A stretch of DNA of 64,000 bases from Coniocarpon cinnabarinum (Eukaryota): assembly GCA_051942205.1 (NCBI GenBank), contig JAVECO010000021.1:1-64000 (forward strand), given 5' to 3'. The stretch's first letter is position 1; every line of letters starts with the position of its first letter. The notes under the pieces were generated by a model. That model did no database searches. It saw only the letters and a list, made by a program, of their open reading frames with translations, and had not been told where the DNA came from. Positions 40,152-51,946 of the stretch are shown here, piece after piece. The position numbers and the translations under genes are program-made.

Positions 40152-41330
40152 ATGCCTGCCGCACCCAACAACCCTCCTACCCTTCCCCTCTCCGGCTCAC
40201 TCTTGTCGACCCTCCAGCCAGCTACTTATCTTCACTACCATCTTACCCAGTCCAACACACGACCCACCTCCGTTCGTACACCTACGACATTCCGCAAACT
40301 CTCCTGCACCACTAGCTCTCTCACCCACTGCGCTGGCTCTGCACTCATTCGAGCTGGTGATACCACTGTCGTCTGCGGAATCCAGAGTGAAATCTTGTTG
40401 CAGAGTGCTGTTTTTGATCCGCCTCGCCCACGCCTCGTCCCGCCGAAAACCAAGCGCGAAGAAGATGTGAGAGAGCAGGAGGATCTCTTGAGCTTGGGGT
40501 TGCTGGTGCCCAATGTGGAGTTGAATACAGGATGTCACCCTTCTTTCCTGCCGGGTGAAGGAAGAGCCCCAGGACAGTTGCAACAGTCACTTTCGGTGCG
40601 GTTGTTGAGGCTTTTGATATCGACGGGTGTAGTGAGGCTTGAAGATTTGATGATCAGGCGAGGTCGCGAACATGGGCACCCAGATGAAGAGAGCGAGGGT
40701 GAAGAGGAGCTGGTGGGCTACTGGGTGTTGTACATCACGTTCATTCCCATCTCTCTTGACGGTACATCGTCGCTCTTCGATATATTGTGGGCAGCGGTGT
40801 TGGCGGCATTGCAAGATGTGAAGCTCCCAAAAGCGTGGTGGGATACAGAGAAAGAGGCTATTGTGTGTTCTGATCTGCCGTCCGAGGCGCGAAGTCTGAA
40901 CTTAAGAGGTAGTCCAGTTAGCTCTACGTTTGGCGCGTTTAAGCCGGGTCGAAACTTGTGGACGGCGCATGCCGCTGAAGAGGGTGCCGACACGAAGATG
41001 AACGATGACCAGGACAGCATGGAAGATGCAACAGAGAATCAAAAGAAGCACTGGGTCCTTGCAGATCCGGACGGCTTCGAAGACGGCCTCTGCGAAGAAT
41101 TGGTGTCCCTCGTGGTTGACCGCGACAAGAGTGGCAAGACCAAAGTGCTGAGCATCGAGAAGAGCGGAGGCCAGACACTGGGAGTGGAGGACGTGAGCGA
41201 GCTGGTCACGCTAGCAGGGGCGCGGTGGACGGACGTCGTGGACATGTTGCGAAAAGGCCGAAAACATTGGACGTCGAGCACAGTATATCGGCATACGAGC
41301 TCAGCACCGGTATTTCACCGGAGGGATTGA
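40152..41330 (+). CDS. RRP43: Exosome complex RNase PH-type subunit, Rrp43-like
   Basis: SLTHCAGSALIRAGDTTVVCGI, LLVPNVEL, YWVLYI..ISLDG, LPKAWWD, LADPDGFED, IEKSGG. Confidence 0.85.
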   Translation: MPAAPNNPPTLPLSGSLLSTLQPATYLHYHLTQSNTRPTSVRTPTTFRKLSCTTSSLTHCAGSALIRAGDTTVVCGIQSEILLQSAVFDPPRPRLVPPKTKREEDVREQEDLLSLGLLVPNVELNTGCHPSFLPGEGRAPGQLQQSLSVRLLRLLISTGVVRLEDLMIRRGREHGHPDEESEGEEELVGYWVLYITFIPISLDGTSSLFDILWAAVLAALQDVKLPKAWWDTEKEAIVCSDLPSEARSLNLRGSPVSSTFGAFKPGRNLWTAHAAEEGADTKMNDDQDSMEDATENQKKHWVLADPDGFEDGLCEELVSLVVDRDKSGKTKVLSIEKSGGQTLGVEDVSELVTLAGARWTDVVDMLRKGRKHWTSSTVYRHTSSAPVFHRRD

Positions 41331-41944
41331 CCGCGCAGCCACAATTCGTCGACAATGGCAGCTTCACCCCCAGTACTGAACAGATTCAGACACGCCAGTC
41401 GATCAGAAGCCATTGCCCAAATTGGATGCAGCATGTGCAGATGTGCCCTCAGATAACCAATGCCACGGACAGCAGCGTGCAGCCTAATCGATTGATTGTC
41501 AAGATTTCGATCAACTGCATGCTTCTATGGTCTCTATGTCTAACAGGCAGCACTGGACACCTTGAAGTCACTAGTAGAACAGGCCGATTCTCCTACGACA
41601 ACGCGAAATATCTCATTGAGAGCACAATGAGGTGGACTTTTGCTGTCCCTTGAAAGGAACCTGCAGGATGCCAGTCCTGAATATCGCATCTATTCGGGAT
41701 TCAGCTCTACCTGTAGGAGCTTCATCCATGACACGGGCAGGGAGTTCACCTTACAACTCTTCAAATCTGTCTAAATGATCCTCAAGCTTGCCCGTATTCA
41801 CAGCTCCGGCCACTTCTGTCCAGCCTAGGTCACGTGTCGATTAGGTGCTTCAAGACGATGATCTCGTTCGCATCTCTGATGCGATTGCTTGCGCAATCAT
41901 ATTCAACACTGCTTAAGCGCTTAGACACCATCGAGTGTGACAGT

Positions 41945-43555
41945 TTAGCCGTTGATCCAACCGCCTACTTTCTCCGCAATAAATTTGTTGTCTGCGGCGG
42001 TCCCACCTCCACCGCCTGCGCTGGAGTCAGCCAATATATCAAACATTACAAGACAGGACATAGTACTCACCGGCCATGTGTCCCCAGATGCTCTCAATCA
42101 CCTCATATCCACCGTTCTTCAGATGCTTGACTTCCTCTTCATTGTCCTCGGGTGGAAAGTACATATCTGTTCGCGAGGGCATAACGAGCATACGCGCTTG
42201 AATGCGCTGCAGCGTTTTTGAAAGGTCATTTTTATCGTTCGGGTAGTAGAGAGTGATGTTGCCGGCTTGCCAGGTATGCAGTAGGCAGAGGAGGTCGTTT
42301 GCATCCTTGCCATTGTCAGCTATCCTGCACTGTTCCATGGCTCGGATTGGATCAGGAATGCGAGTCGATGTCCGTGACACGAGAGTTCAATAGGAGCACA
42401 TGTCACAGGAAGTGGAACGGAAAACTCTGAGAGAAGAGCACACTCACCCATGCTCCCAAACCACCCTCCCAATCCCGTTGGATATACTCTTCCAGTGACT
42501 GACACCCGCACTGTTCCCAGCACTTCTGTCGAAACCAATCCTGTGATCGTGCCCACGTGATATAAACGCTATTTCATTAGCCACTTGCATAGCTCGCCGA
42601 AACCCCTTCATCTATATATCCTGCGCGACACGGCTGTCTTTGAAAGTCTCATCACCTACAGAACGTCCCTGAACACTCGAACTCCTGACATTGCCGTGTA
42701 AGGAGAGAGAGGACGTACCGTGCAAAAGCTCTGGTACCCTGCTTCACAGGCTGCGTGTACCGCCCACCATGAAAATCCGCCGAATTGACCAAAGCAGCCT
42801 TGGGTCCTTCAAGGAACGAAAAATTATGCCAGCTCGTTCGTGCGCTACCGGCTATACAGATAGATCGCTCAACAAAGTCGGGGAAAAGTGCTGCCATGTG
42901 ACTGAATATATTAGCCTCATCTTTCGTCTCTCCACGCGGGCAGAATAATGATCTATCTTCGAATCCGTAACACGAGAGGGAACGGGCAGTGAGAGAGATA
43001 GGAGAAGGAGTAAGACAACGACGGGAGGAGTCGAGGTAACGTACTAAGCCTGTTGTCCACCCATGCTGAAGCCGACGTAGCCTCGCAGCTTTTCAACTCC
43101 GAGACTTTGACAGAGGGCATGCTGCAGTCTGATGTTGTCTTCGTATGTGACGCGGGGAAACTCAGCGCCTTCATAGGGCGCTTCGGCGTTTGAAGGTGAG
43201 GAGGACTCGCCGCCGCCGAGAAGGCCAGCCTTGGACAATCAACAGACGTGACTTACAGCCGGACGCTATGCAAGAACAAGAGCGACAGGAGACTTACTAC
43301 GATGATGAAGTATTTCTCTGGGGAAAGGACGGGGCTGGGAGTCACAGCGGGATCGTACAGAAAGGGTAGAGTGGTGGCCAGTTTGCCGCCGTAGCAGGTA
43401 GGGAGGAGGATAGCATTGTGAGCAGCGTTGGCGGAGGAGCCGTAGGTCTTATATGCGAGCGTCAAGGGAAGGGAGAGGCTAGGGGGTGAAGACTGGGGTG
43501 AGAGGGTGAGCTGATGGGTAAAGTGCTGTGTTGATGGAGAGGAGGGTGTTGCCAT
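41945..43555 (-). CDS. Homoserine O-acetyltransferase (MetX)-like alpha/beta hydrolase
   Basis: Six exons (introns 43230-43297, 42902-43044, 42569-42718, 42306-42447, 42016-42070); LAYKTYG, nucleophile elbow GFSMGG, TDMYFPP and SIWGH complete a Ser-Asp-His triad. Confidence 0.85.
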
Positions 43556-43816
43556 GGTGGTGTAAACAAGGAACGACGCTGCGTGTATGTTCTGTTGCGG
43601 AATAGAGCAACAAGCAACGTAGAAGTACACACGCGTGTTTGGAGAAGAGATCGCGTGTCATTGAGGTTGCTAAAGCTTCTAGTCAATGCGAGTGGGGCTA
43701 GTCAAGCAATGTCATCATATCTTTTGATAGCTGGAGGACTGCGCATCCATCTCGTGGCAATTTATTCGCCTGGCATTCGGTACTTACAGCTTCTACTTTC
43801 AGCTAGGCTTTCTTCA

Positions 43817-45460
43817 TCATCTTTGCGCAGGCTGGTCTCGTAGCTCAATGCCAGACGTGGTACTACCTTCAGCAATCTGCATCAGCGCCTCTCTTTCATC
43901 CACCGTCAGATCTGCTGCAGCTTTGGGTATCCGGACAAAGACGACCATGATGCCGAGCGCGAGACTGGCACAGCCCAACATGAACCAGAAGACTGCTCGG
44001 TAGCTCTTTAAGAGTCCGACTTTCGAAGATGTCTCGGTTTGCGTGACATCAGCAATCGCCAGCATGAAAGCGATGCCCAAATATATCAACGTATTCATCA
44101 GAGCGCCTGCGAGACCTTGCCGGCGTTGAGAAAGACTGGTGCTGATGAAGACATTGGCAACATTGAATGTGATGTCGATTCCGACTGTAGCTCCGAGCAT
44201 AGATGGGAAAATGTAAGCCCAGTAGTTCGCGTTGGCAGGGGCGACAGCGAAGAGGATCGAGGCCAGGATCCATCCACAGCCAGAAATGGTAATCAGCCAT
44301 GTACCTGGAATCACATGCAGCACGTGTCCACCTATCACAGCAAGGATGAAGCCGCCTATGCACATGGGTGTGAAATACGCCGACACAAGGATCGGATCGG
44401 CATGCATGATGTCGGTCATGAAGAGGGTGGCGTACAGGAGGAAGACTCCGAAGGCGCCATAGCTGAAGAAGAGACCAATGAAGAATGGTTTGATGTAAGG
44501 CACTGTGAATAGATCGAATGGTAAGAGGGGATTAGAGGCCACGTAGCCTTCAACGTACCAAGTTGCTGCTAGCAGGGCGATGCCGAGTATCAGAGTGAGC
44601 AGAATGTACCAGGTCGTCCATTGGTTGGGAGCATGCGAGCCTTCAGTCAGGGCGAAGATCGTGAGGACCAGTCCGGCGACCAAGAGGCCAGAACCGAGCC
44701 AGTCCATTTTCACGGACCGTTGAACGTGGCGATCCGAGGGTATGGTGAAGAATGCAGCAACGAATGTGGTGAACAGGACAATCGCGCCCAGCCAAAAGTA
44801 CCATCTAAAGTCCAGATAAGAGCCGGAGATACCAGCCATGAGCACTCCGAAGAAGAAGCCTAGATCAGCTGAGGCACCATATAATGAGAAGACCAGATTT
44901 TTGCGAGGTCCCGGTCGGTAGGTAGAGCCCAGCAGCATGACACCGCTTGGTAGGAATGCTGCAGGTCCGATGCCTTGGAGAGCTCGTACGCAATCGAGCA
45001 TGAGCTCATTTTGAGCGAATCCGGCAATGAATGACCAGAACGTGAACCACACCAGACCAAACATATACACAGAGTATCCACCAAACATGTCAGCAAGGCG
45101 GCCACACGGCAGCAGAAAGGCGGAGGTCACCAGCGCGAACGCTGCGCTCGGCCACGTTGCTGCAGAGGATTGGATGTCGAACTTTTTGATGACGGCTGGA
45201 ACCAAAACTGTGAAGCCGGAGACGAAGTACTCAGCCATGAGTTGTGACATGATGACACTGTAGCAAAAAGCCACCTCGGCCCACAGGGAGGAGAACTGAG
45301 GCGGGCGTTCACGACCAAGGCGCTCGATGCGATCTCTCTCATTTTCTTCAGTCCGTCTTTCAGGCCGACTGGGCGTTCGGCTGAGAGTTCGCATCTGTGG
45401 TGGCTGCAAAGATGCATCGCGGCGTGTGCGTGTCCTCGAGAGCTCGAGAGTGGTGGTCAT
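43817..45460 (-). CDS. MFS drug:H+ antiporter, DHA2 (Atr1-like)
   Basis: Intronless; many TM segments; GRLADMFG, RALQGIG, YRPGPRKNLVFSLYG, MDWLG. First ATG at 45460. Confidence 0.9.
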   Translation of the reverse strand: MTTTLELSRTRTRRDASLQPPQMRTLSRTPSRPERRTEENERDRIERLGRERPPQFSSLWAEVAFCYSVIMSQLMAEYFVSGFTVLVPAVIKKFDIQSSAATWPSAAFALVTSAFLLPCGRLADMFGGYSVYMFGLVWFTFWSFIAGFAQNELMLDCVRALQGIGPAAFLPSGVMLLGSTYRPGPRKNLVFSLYGASADLGFFFGVLMAGISGSYLDFRWYFWLGAIVLFTTFVAAFFTIPSDRHVQRSVKMDWLGSGLLVAGLVLTIFALTEGSHAPNQWTTWYILLTLILGIALLAATWYVEGYVASNPLLPFDLFTVPYIKPFFIGLFFSYGAFGVFLLYATLFMTDIMHADPILVSAYFTPMCIGGFILAVIGGHVLHVIPGTWLITISGCGWILASILFAVAPANANYWAYIFPSMLGATVGIDITFNVANVFISTSLSQRRQGLAGALMNTLIYLGIAFMLAIADVTQTETSSKVGLLKSYRAVFWFMLGCASLALGIMVVFVRIPKAAADLTVDEREALMQIAEGSTTSGIELRDQPAQR

Positions 45461-46407
45461 GATGTCTAGTGTGCTTCGCAACTTCGCAGAATAGGTCTGC
45501 TAAATACGTGGCGATGTTTGAAATCCATAAATGCTGAACAAAGGTGTGCTTGCCTGCGTATTTGAGAGCTTCAGCGACTCATTCGGGAGTGCAAGCTGGT
45601 GATGACGCCGTCGCCCAACAGCGGCGCTTCCTCGCCAGAGTCCATTCCGACTCCGTAATGGACCTCTCGACCTCTAACACGGGCACCTCACCCGCGCAGA
45701 TCACAGCGTCCATAGCAGTAATACGCCGTGTTGCAGTGACTGATGCCATCGCAATTGTCAACGCTCGCACTGGGCTGGAGGGAGATGACACCTGCAGTCG
45801 GAGCTGTCGAGTCTCAAAATCCCAGCATGCCCCGATGCGGCTGCTGATGAGACACGCAAGGCAACCACGAGCAACCTTCGATTTTTCTTGGCACCGTGGC
45901 GAGAACTCGTCTCCCTACTGCTCTCGGACTTCAGACCCGTCCACGGGTATGAAGAAGTCTTCTGAAGTCCTTCAGCCCCGCGCCACTGGCAAATATTCCA
46001 GGCTGCTGCAAGCACGGCCAATGCCAATGAGAGCATCGCAGAAGTGGTGATTGCGGACAGCGCGACAGCTATCATTAGCCAAGATTGCGCCCATGCAGAA
46101 GCTCAGATTCTTGAGGAGGCACGAACGCCTGACCAGGACTTCATGGCTGGCGGTGACGGGAGACGGCTCCTTCTCGAACGGCGCTGCCAGTGTGATGATC
46201 TCGCGTTGCCCAACTTTAAGCTTCAGCTATGATGAGTGACTATTCCATGGCTCGTGGTTATCTATTATCCAACTCCCACGCTGCGCTTGACCTGTCGTGA
46301 TTTGTCCCGACGCTCTTCATCCTCCCTGCCATCACTTTCAAGAACTAACGTAGCCTCGGTCGCATATTTTAGTTTAGGCTTCAATTCATGAGCGTCTACC
46401 CACGAAA

Positions 46408-47370
46408 ATGCGACAAACGGCTGCGTTGAGAGGAAACGTCCCCATCTGGATCCTTCGACATGCTCAGGCGCTCCTTACATTGGGCGTCTTCTGGGCAACT
46501 GTATGGGACATCATGGACTGGCGCGACATCGGTTGTTCACGGCCTCGAAGAGTTGATGCCAACGCAATCTGTGTAAGCCAGGTTCCAGATGTTCCTCAGA
46601 GGCAGCGTTAGCTAGCAGCTTTCAGCAGCTTTGTCACTAGCAGAGCCTCCAGAAATATTCCCAGGGATGCTCAGTAAAATCTCTAGGCGCTGTGATGGAG
46701 TACTGAAGCTGACAAATATTGAAGGTGATTGCGGCCACGCCTACTATCCTTTACTTGATTGCCAGCACTGGACGCACTCGAGCAAGCTATCTCTACTGGC
46801 ATCCCGTATTACAGCTCGCGCTCGACGCGTTGCTCATTCCTATGTGGCTCTTTCCGGCTGCTGGAGCCGCAACGTACGACTGCAGATCCGTTTGCAATGT
46901 CTGCTTGCAAGAGAAAACCCCACCCAAAGACTTCTACACTTGGATTGGACACACAACATGCTCATGCTTCATTGCGATCGACAACGACACAAGAACAGCG
47001 TGGATTGAGAGAGCAGTCGCAATCACAAGGAAAGCGTTGGCGCTTCGTCCGGGGAGAGATGAGCCTACGACCAAGGTCTTTACAGGCGCAAGGCGCATCG
47101 GGCTGGTACACTGGACGCAGTGGATAATGTTGTAAGTAGAGCCGACAGCGTGGAGTTAAACCTGTTCTGAATTTTCTTTATCTCAGTGTTTTGCTTGTCC
47201 TCACATTTCTGGGAACAATGTGGACGCTTTGTCAAAAGGTGGAGGACGAAGACGAGGGGCGCGTGGTCATCGCTGGCGTGGAAGATTCACCATCAGCGGA
47301 CTACATGCTGAGTGAGAAGAAGCACACACAAGTTTGCGAACGCGAGCTTGGGACTGAAGTGAACGAGTGA
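46408..47370 (+). CDS. Small multi-pass membrane protein (MARVEL-like); last exon frame ambiguous
   Basis: Intron 46573-46724 joins two ORFs in phase, giving three hydrophobic helices and a Cys-rich loop; second intron-like segment 47132-47186. Confidence 0.5.
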
Positions 47371-48552
47371 TGACTGAAGTTCAATGCTCTGCTTCCCTCA
47401 GGCAGATGCTTGCAGTGTCCTCAATGGGTGGGTACCCGGCCAGCCCGAAGAACAAGTCTGGAGGCTATCACGTGACTTTGACTAGCGTCGACCACAAATC
47501 TTTTTGACAGATGGATCCAATGCATTGGACGGGTGGAGCCGCAAACTCGACTTCACTCTCTGCCCAGTGACCTCTTGACATACTGCGTCGTGGCCTCTGG
47601 CATCGCGCCGTCTCATTGCCAGCGTTGCATTGCGCTCGAGGCCAGCCTCCTTGGAGGTCTTGGAGGAAGTCGTGACGGAGTGTCGGGACGAGCGAGTGTG
47701 CGAGTGCTGTCAAGCGGACTGGTGAGAGCCCCGCCCCCGCGCTCCTGTACGACAAAAGGAACGCAGCTAACATGGCCATGGCGAATCCTCTTGCCGACTT
47801 CCATTGCACCCCATGCACCATACTGCTTCCGCAGAATGCTTCCATCTCCCCGTCGCATAGCTTATCTTGCCCAGGCCGCGCTTCGCCTGCCTGCCTAGCT
47901 GAGGTCGCAGGTGCAGGCGACAGCCACATGTCTGCCACGCTATGCAGGGACTGCATTAGGCTTCTTCATGGAGACGGATCTCGACGGACCCGACTATAGA
48001 TGTTTGCGTTCGGCCCAGCCGCGGCTGCATACGCGATCGAGTTGGGATGGCATGGCCCGCTCGATCTCTGTCGACATATCACTCTATCATACCTCAAGAC
48101 CTGCCCCTTGGACGGATGCAGTAAACGTGGGCTGGTGCCAGTGAAGACTATGGCCACGATTGGATGTCGGGCCGGCGATGGGCGGTCACGACAGGATACA
48201 GTCGGGAGGCACAGCCCACCGCGTCGGCGCACGGCTTCGTGGTGCAAACGTACACGCCAATCGATGTCCTTGAACTTGAGACATCGTAATGAATGCTGAC
48301 GAAGTGGGTGAAAGAGCGCAAGACACTCACCTGCGTCATGTTGCCATACTGCTTGAGCTGCGTTCACCTTGCTTCCGCTGCCTCGTGCCATTCTGCCGCC
48401 ACGGCGTGGAGGTCACTCGTATAAAGTTGCCTGCTGCATGGAATGCTGGTCGTAACCAATGCGTCTTTGGCTGTTGTTGCGTTTTTTGCAATCAGGCGAT
48501 CGGTGAAGCTTGCCGCCACTGACACCAACACACACAACACTCCGCCCTCATC

Positions 48553-50254
48553 ATGAAGGTAACACCATGCGTCATTGCCGCATCCTCGCTCCTCACCGCT
48601 TTTGCTCCTCCAGCAAGAGCTGCCAACGTGCAAGGCACTTGTGCCGCAGATGACCCAGGACTGCAGTACCTGAGCCATCACCTCTCCCCCAATGCCACGC
48701 TCTCATGTTTCGGACAGCCACTTCAGGAGCAGAACGCTGCTCGATACTGGGGCGTCCAGTACTCCAAGAATGCAAGTGCGGTCGTCTATCCGGCCTCAAA
48801 GGATGATGTGAGCGTGGTCATGGAGGCTTTGCCTCTCACACCTCTTGGACAGGAATTTGCTTTTGTGAGTGGCGGCCACTCGACAGCTAACGCCTCGTCG
48901 GCTTCCCGTCTCGTCATGGACCTCAGCTCCATGAGGACGGTGCAAATCCTTGATGACTTTGACATTGGTAACGGAAACACGACGACGACGATCAGATATG
49001 ATGGCGGGTGCGTCTGGAAGGATGTCTACAGCTTTACAGCTGGCTCAGGTTGGACGGCGGTAGGGGCCCGAGATTCGAGCGTAGGGGTGGGCGGATTTTC
49101 GACGGGTGGCGGCATTGGGTTTCTCGCTGGAGCGTACGGCTATGCAACGGACCGCCTGGTTGCGCTCGACGTCGTCTTGCTCAATGGAACTCAAATACGC
49201 GTGAACAACTACAACGAGTACCACGATCTATTCTTCGCTTTCCGCGGAGGTACTGGTCAGTTTGGCGTCATTACCACATTCTACCAGAAAGCTGCACCGG
49301 AGCCGACAAGCAGTGAGATCTCTTTCTACTATATTCAAGATGATCAAGTGGACCGTGAGTTTGCGTCAGACTATTTATCTTCAACTTTTGTACTGACAGA
49401 GCTTAGTCGCGCAGCAAAACGTACTCCAGTTTTATCGCGAGAACACTGACCCCTTTTCGCTCATTTATTACGCGCCCGACTACATTGGTCCTTCTTTCAG
49501 TGAAATTACCACAGATCAAGAAATACGAGTCTTACTGTTTGCGCTGAGGTTTAACGACCCACTCAATGATGCACAGCCAGACTTCAACACCACGTTCGCT
49601 CCGCTCTTGAAGGGGCTCAACACGTCAAACAGCGTCTCCTTGGATCAGCCCTTTGCTCAAGCTGCCGACATTGCTGGCCCCTTTTATTCGTATGGTCTTC
49701 GACGTGGCTTCTGGGGACCACAATTGCCCACAAACGGACTTACCACGGATTACTTAGACAGCCTTACAGAAATCATGCGGGACTATACCAACGCGCTCAT
49801 TGCTTCCGGTGACAACGCGACCAGCACGAGTTTCGTTTTGCAATATCAGTATCCGGGCTTGAATGGCAACCTCCCTCGGAACGGCGACGACACGGCATGG
49901 CCGCATGCATCCGCCGGGCACCAGACTCTTTTCACGCCGGGATATACTTTGGCGAAGAATGATCAATTGGCGGTGGAGACGAACAACCGGCTCAACGAAC
50001 TGGCATGGAATCTACAGCGGGATGCTGGTGTGGAGCTAGCGGATTATCCGAACTACATGGGCCCTGGTGTGGCTGGCAGCCGGCTCTACGGAGACAACTT
50101 GAAGGCCTTGGAGGCCATAAAGGAGAAGTATGACCCGGAATGCTTCTTGCACCAGGGGAGGGTGTTCGCAAGTCCCGGCTGCGTCAAGAAAGGCTACGCG
50201 AACCTATTTGAGGACGGCTTGGGAGCTGTCATGGGGCCAGGCGAGGCAAGTTGA
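48553..50254 (+). CDS. Secreted FAD-linked oxidoreductase (VAO/BBE superfamily, AA7-like)
   Basis: Signal peptide; FAFVSGGHS; VGVGGFSTGGG; DLFFAFRGG..FGVIT; C-terminal YPNY...YGDNLKALEAIKEKYDP. Intron 49355-49406. Confidence 0.9.
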
Positions 50255-50508
50255 AGCGAGGTGGGTTTAATAACGGTCAACGCATAACGTCAGACCCGTG
50301 CTTCATGAGACGAATTGAAAAGTCCTGCATGTTTAGACCATAATTTTTGAAACGTTAGGCATATGACGCAAAGGTCATGCAATTGCAGTGCATAGGTTTC
50401 CGTTCGTTCGGAATCTCGCAAATCGGTGTCATACCGCAGGCTAGTCGGGTCATGATCCGCTGGCCGCTACTCAGTAGCATCATTGTCAATGCAAAGTTCT
50501 CCAGATCT

Positions 50509-51222
50509 TCAATGATGGTCTTCCACATGTGACGTAGCCCATCGTCCGAAACACAATTCGCCAAGGAATGCACCGCCGAGGACGCTCATGAAATACCCAA
50601 CGTTGTAGGTCATGACAGCCAGCATCCTGCAACGTGTCAGCGCTTTCGCCGTGTAAGAGGTCAAGCATCCATAACGGCCAACTCACAGCAAGTAACCCAG
50701 CCCCACCATGACTGTTACAAATGCCGCTCTCGCCAGATCCACGCTTATTCTGAATGGCTGAGCTATTCTCGCATCCGCAGCTTGTACAATCTTGACCCTT
50801 TCCGTTACGCCGTTGGCTGTCAAGACGCCATTCACACCTTTTAGACTTGGGGCAATAACCTCAACGTCCTCGTCGAGACTCTCATCGTCATCGTCTTTGC
50901 TCGTTTGAGGGCGCTGCGTCACGATGTAGCGTCTCTTTCGAGCTTGAGCCAGCCATCGCGCTTCCATCCCGCACTTGACCGCATAGAACAGGCGCAGGAG
51001 GAATGAGAGGAAAATGAGGAAGATGCAGGTGCCGGCGTATTGACCGATGGTGGAAGGCGTCCATCGATTTGAGAATAGGGCAGTCGTATGTGAGGTGTAG
51101 AAGACCATGGGCATGGACATGGGCATTGAGCTCATGTCCATGGACGAGGAAGTGGAGGAGGGCATGGCCATGTTCATGGAGGAGGTTGCGGTGGGAGACA
51201 TGTCCATGCCGGACATGGCCAT
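50509..51222 (-). CDS. Ctr-family copper transporter
   Basis: Met-rich N-terminus (MAMSGMDM...MDMSSMPMSMPMVF); YAGTCIFL; intron 50627-50686 joins GYLL|MLAVMTYNVGYF (MxxxM), then GAFLG (GxxxG); ends HVEDHH. Confidence 0.95.
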
Positions 51223-51946
51223 GTTGTCGTTGAGACCGCGCAGCTGAAGATGGGACGGTCGAGAACAGCCTCGAATGCAGCAACAGCAGTCAAAACTCGA
51301 AGGTAGGTGTATGAATAAAGAAAGAAAAATCACAGCAAAACTCGACGAGGCCGCCAATGCCTGCCGCCCGCGCACAACTCAAAAGAGCTCAACGCCGGTG
51401 CTCGCATCATCACTCGGTCCATCGTGGTGGCAGATAGAGTTGCGCCTGCTTCTTTCGCACGGTCAAGAACTTGCTCACATTTGATGGTGCGTGGTTGGCG
51501 GCAGATGGTGGACAATGAGGGGACGACGCTAAACCGCACAAAGTAAAAATGCGCATGTTTTCGCCATACGAGATCCACGAGAGCACCTGCATTTGCCAGC
51601 TCTTTGTCTCGACTTTTTCTACAGCGCCTGGGCAAGGAAGCTCTCGGCACCAACATGCGACGGCTGTCCATTGCCGTGCTGGCGGTGGTGGTGGTAGAAT
51701 GTGCTTTGGGCCTGCGACTGCCGAAGCGGTGGAGCTCTCGTCCATTGCGTTTCAGGTGAATCCTGATGTTCTTCTTCGATCATCTGCTCCTCGATCAAAG
51801 GCACCATTCACCACTAAGGCCAGACGAATGCGCCTTGTGCCGTCCAGTATGTGCCCAGATGAACTGCGGCCAGTTGTGCACAACCCGCTTGCAAAGACTC
51901 CCTTCACTTATTAATTGAGAGGAAGTGCTTGCCTGTCGGATCTACC
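51223..51946. promoter_or_regulatory. Divergent Ctr/reductase promoter with candidate Mac1-type copper-response elements
   Basis: GTGCTCG (~51398), TTGCTCA (51471), GAGCAC (51581, reverse GTGCTC) and TGCTC (~51785), resembling TTTGCTCA/TGTGCTCA. Confidence 0.45.

Noticed and set aside
45544..46050. 168-aa ORF, and similar ORFs at 30763-31224 and 47468-48391
   Set aside because: Mostly non-ATG starts, no motifs, located in presumed promoter regions.
41945..50254. Possible secondary-metabolite cluster (hydrolase, MFS, FAD oxidase)
   Set aside because: No PKS, NRPS, terpene synthase or pathway transcription factor in the window.
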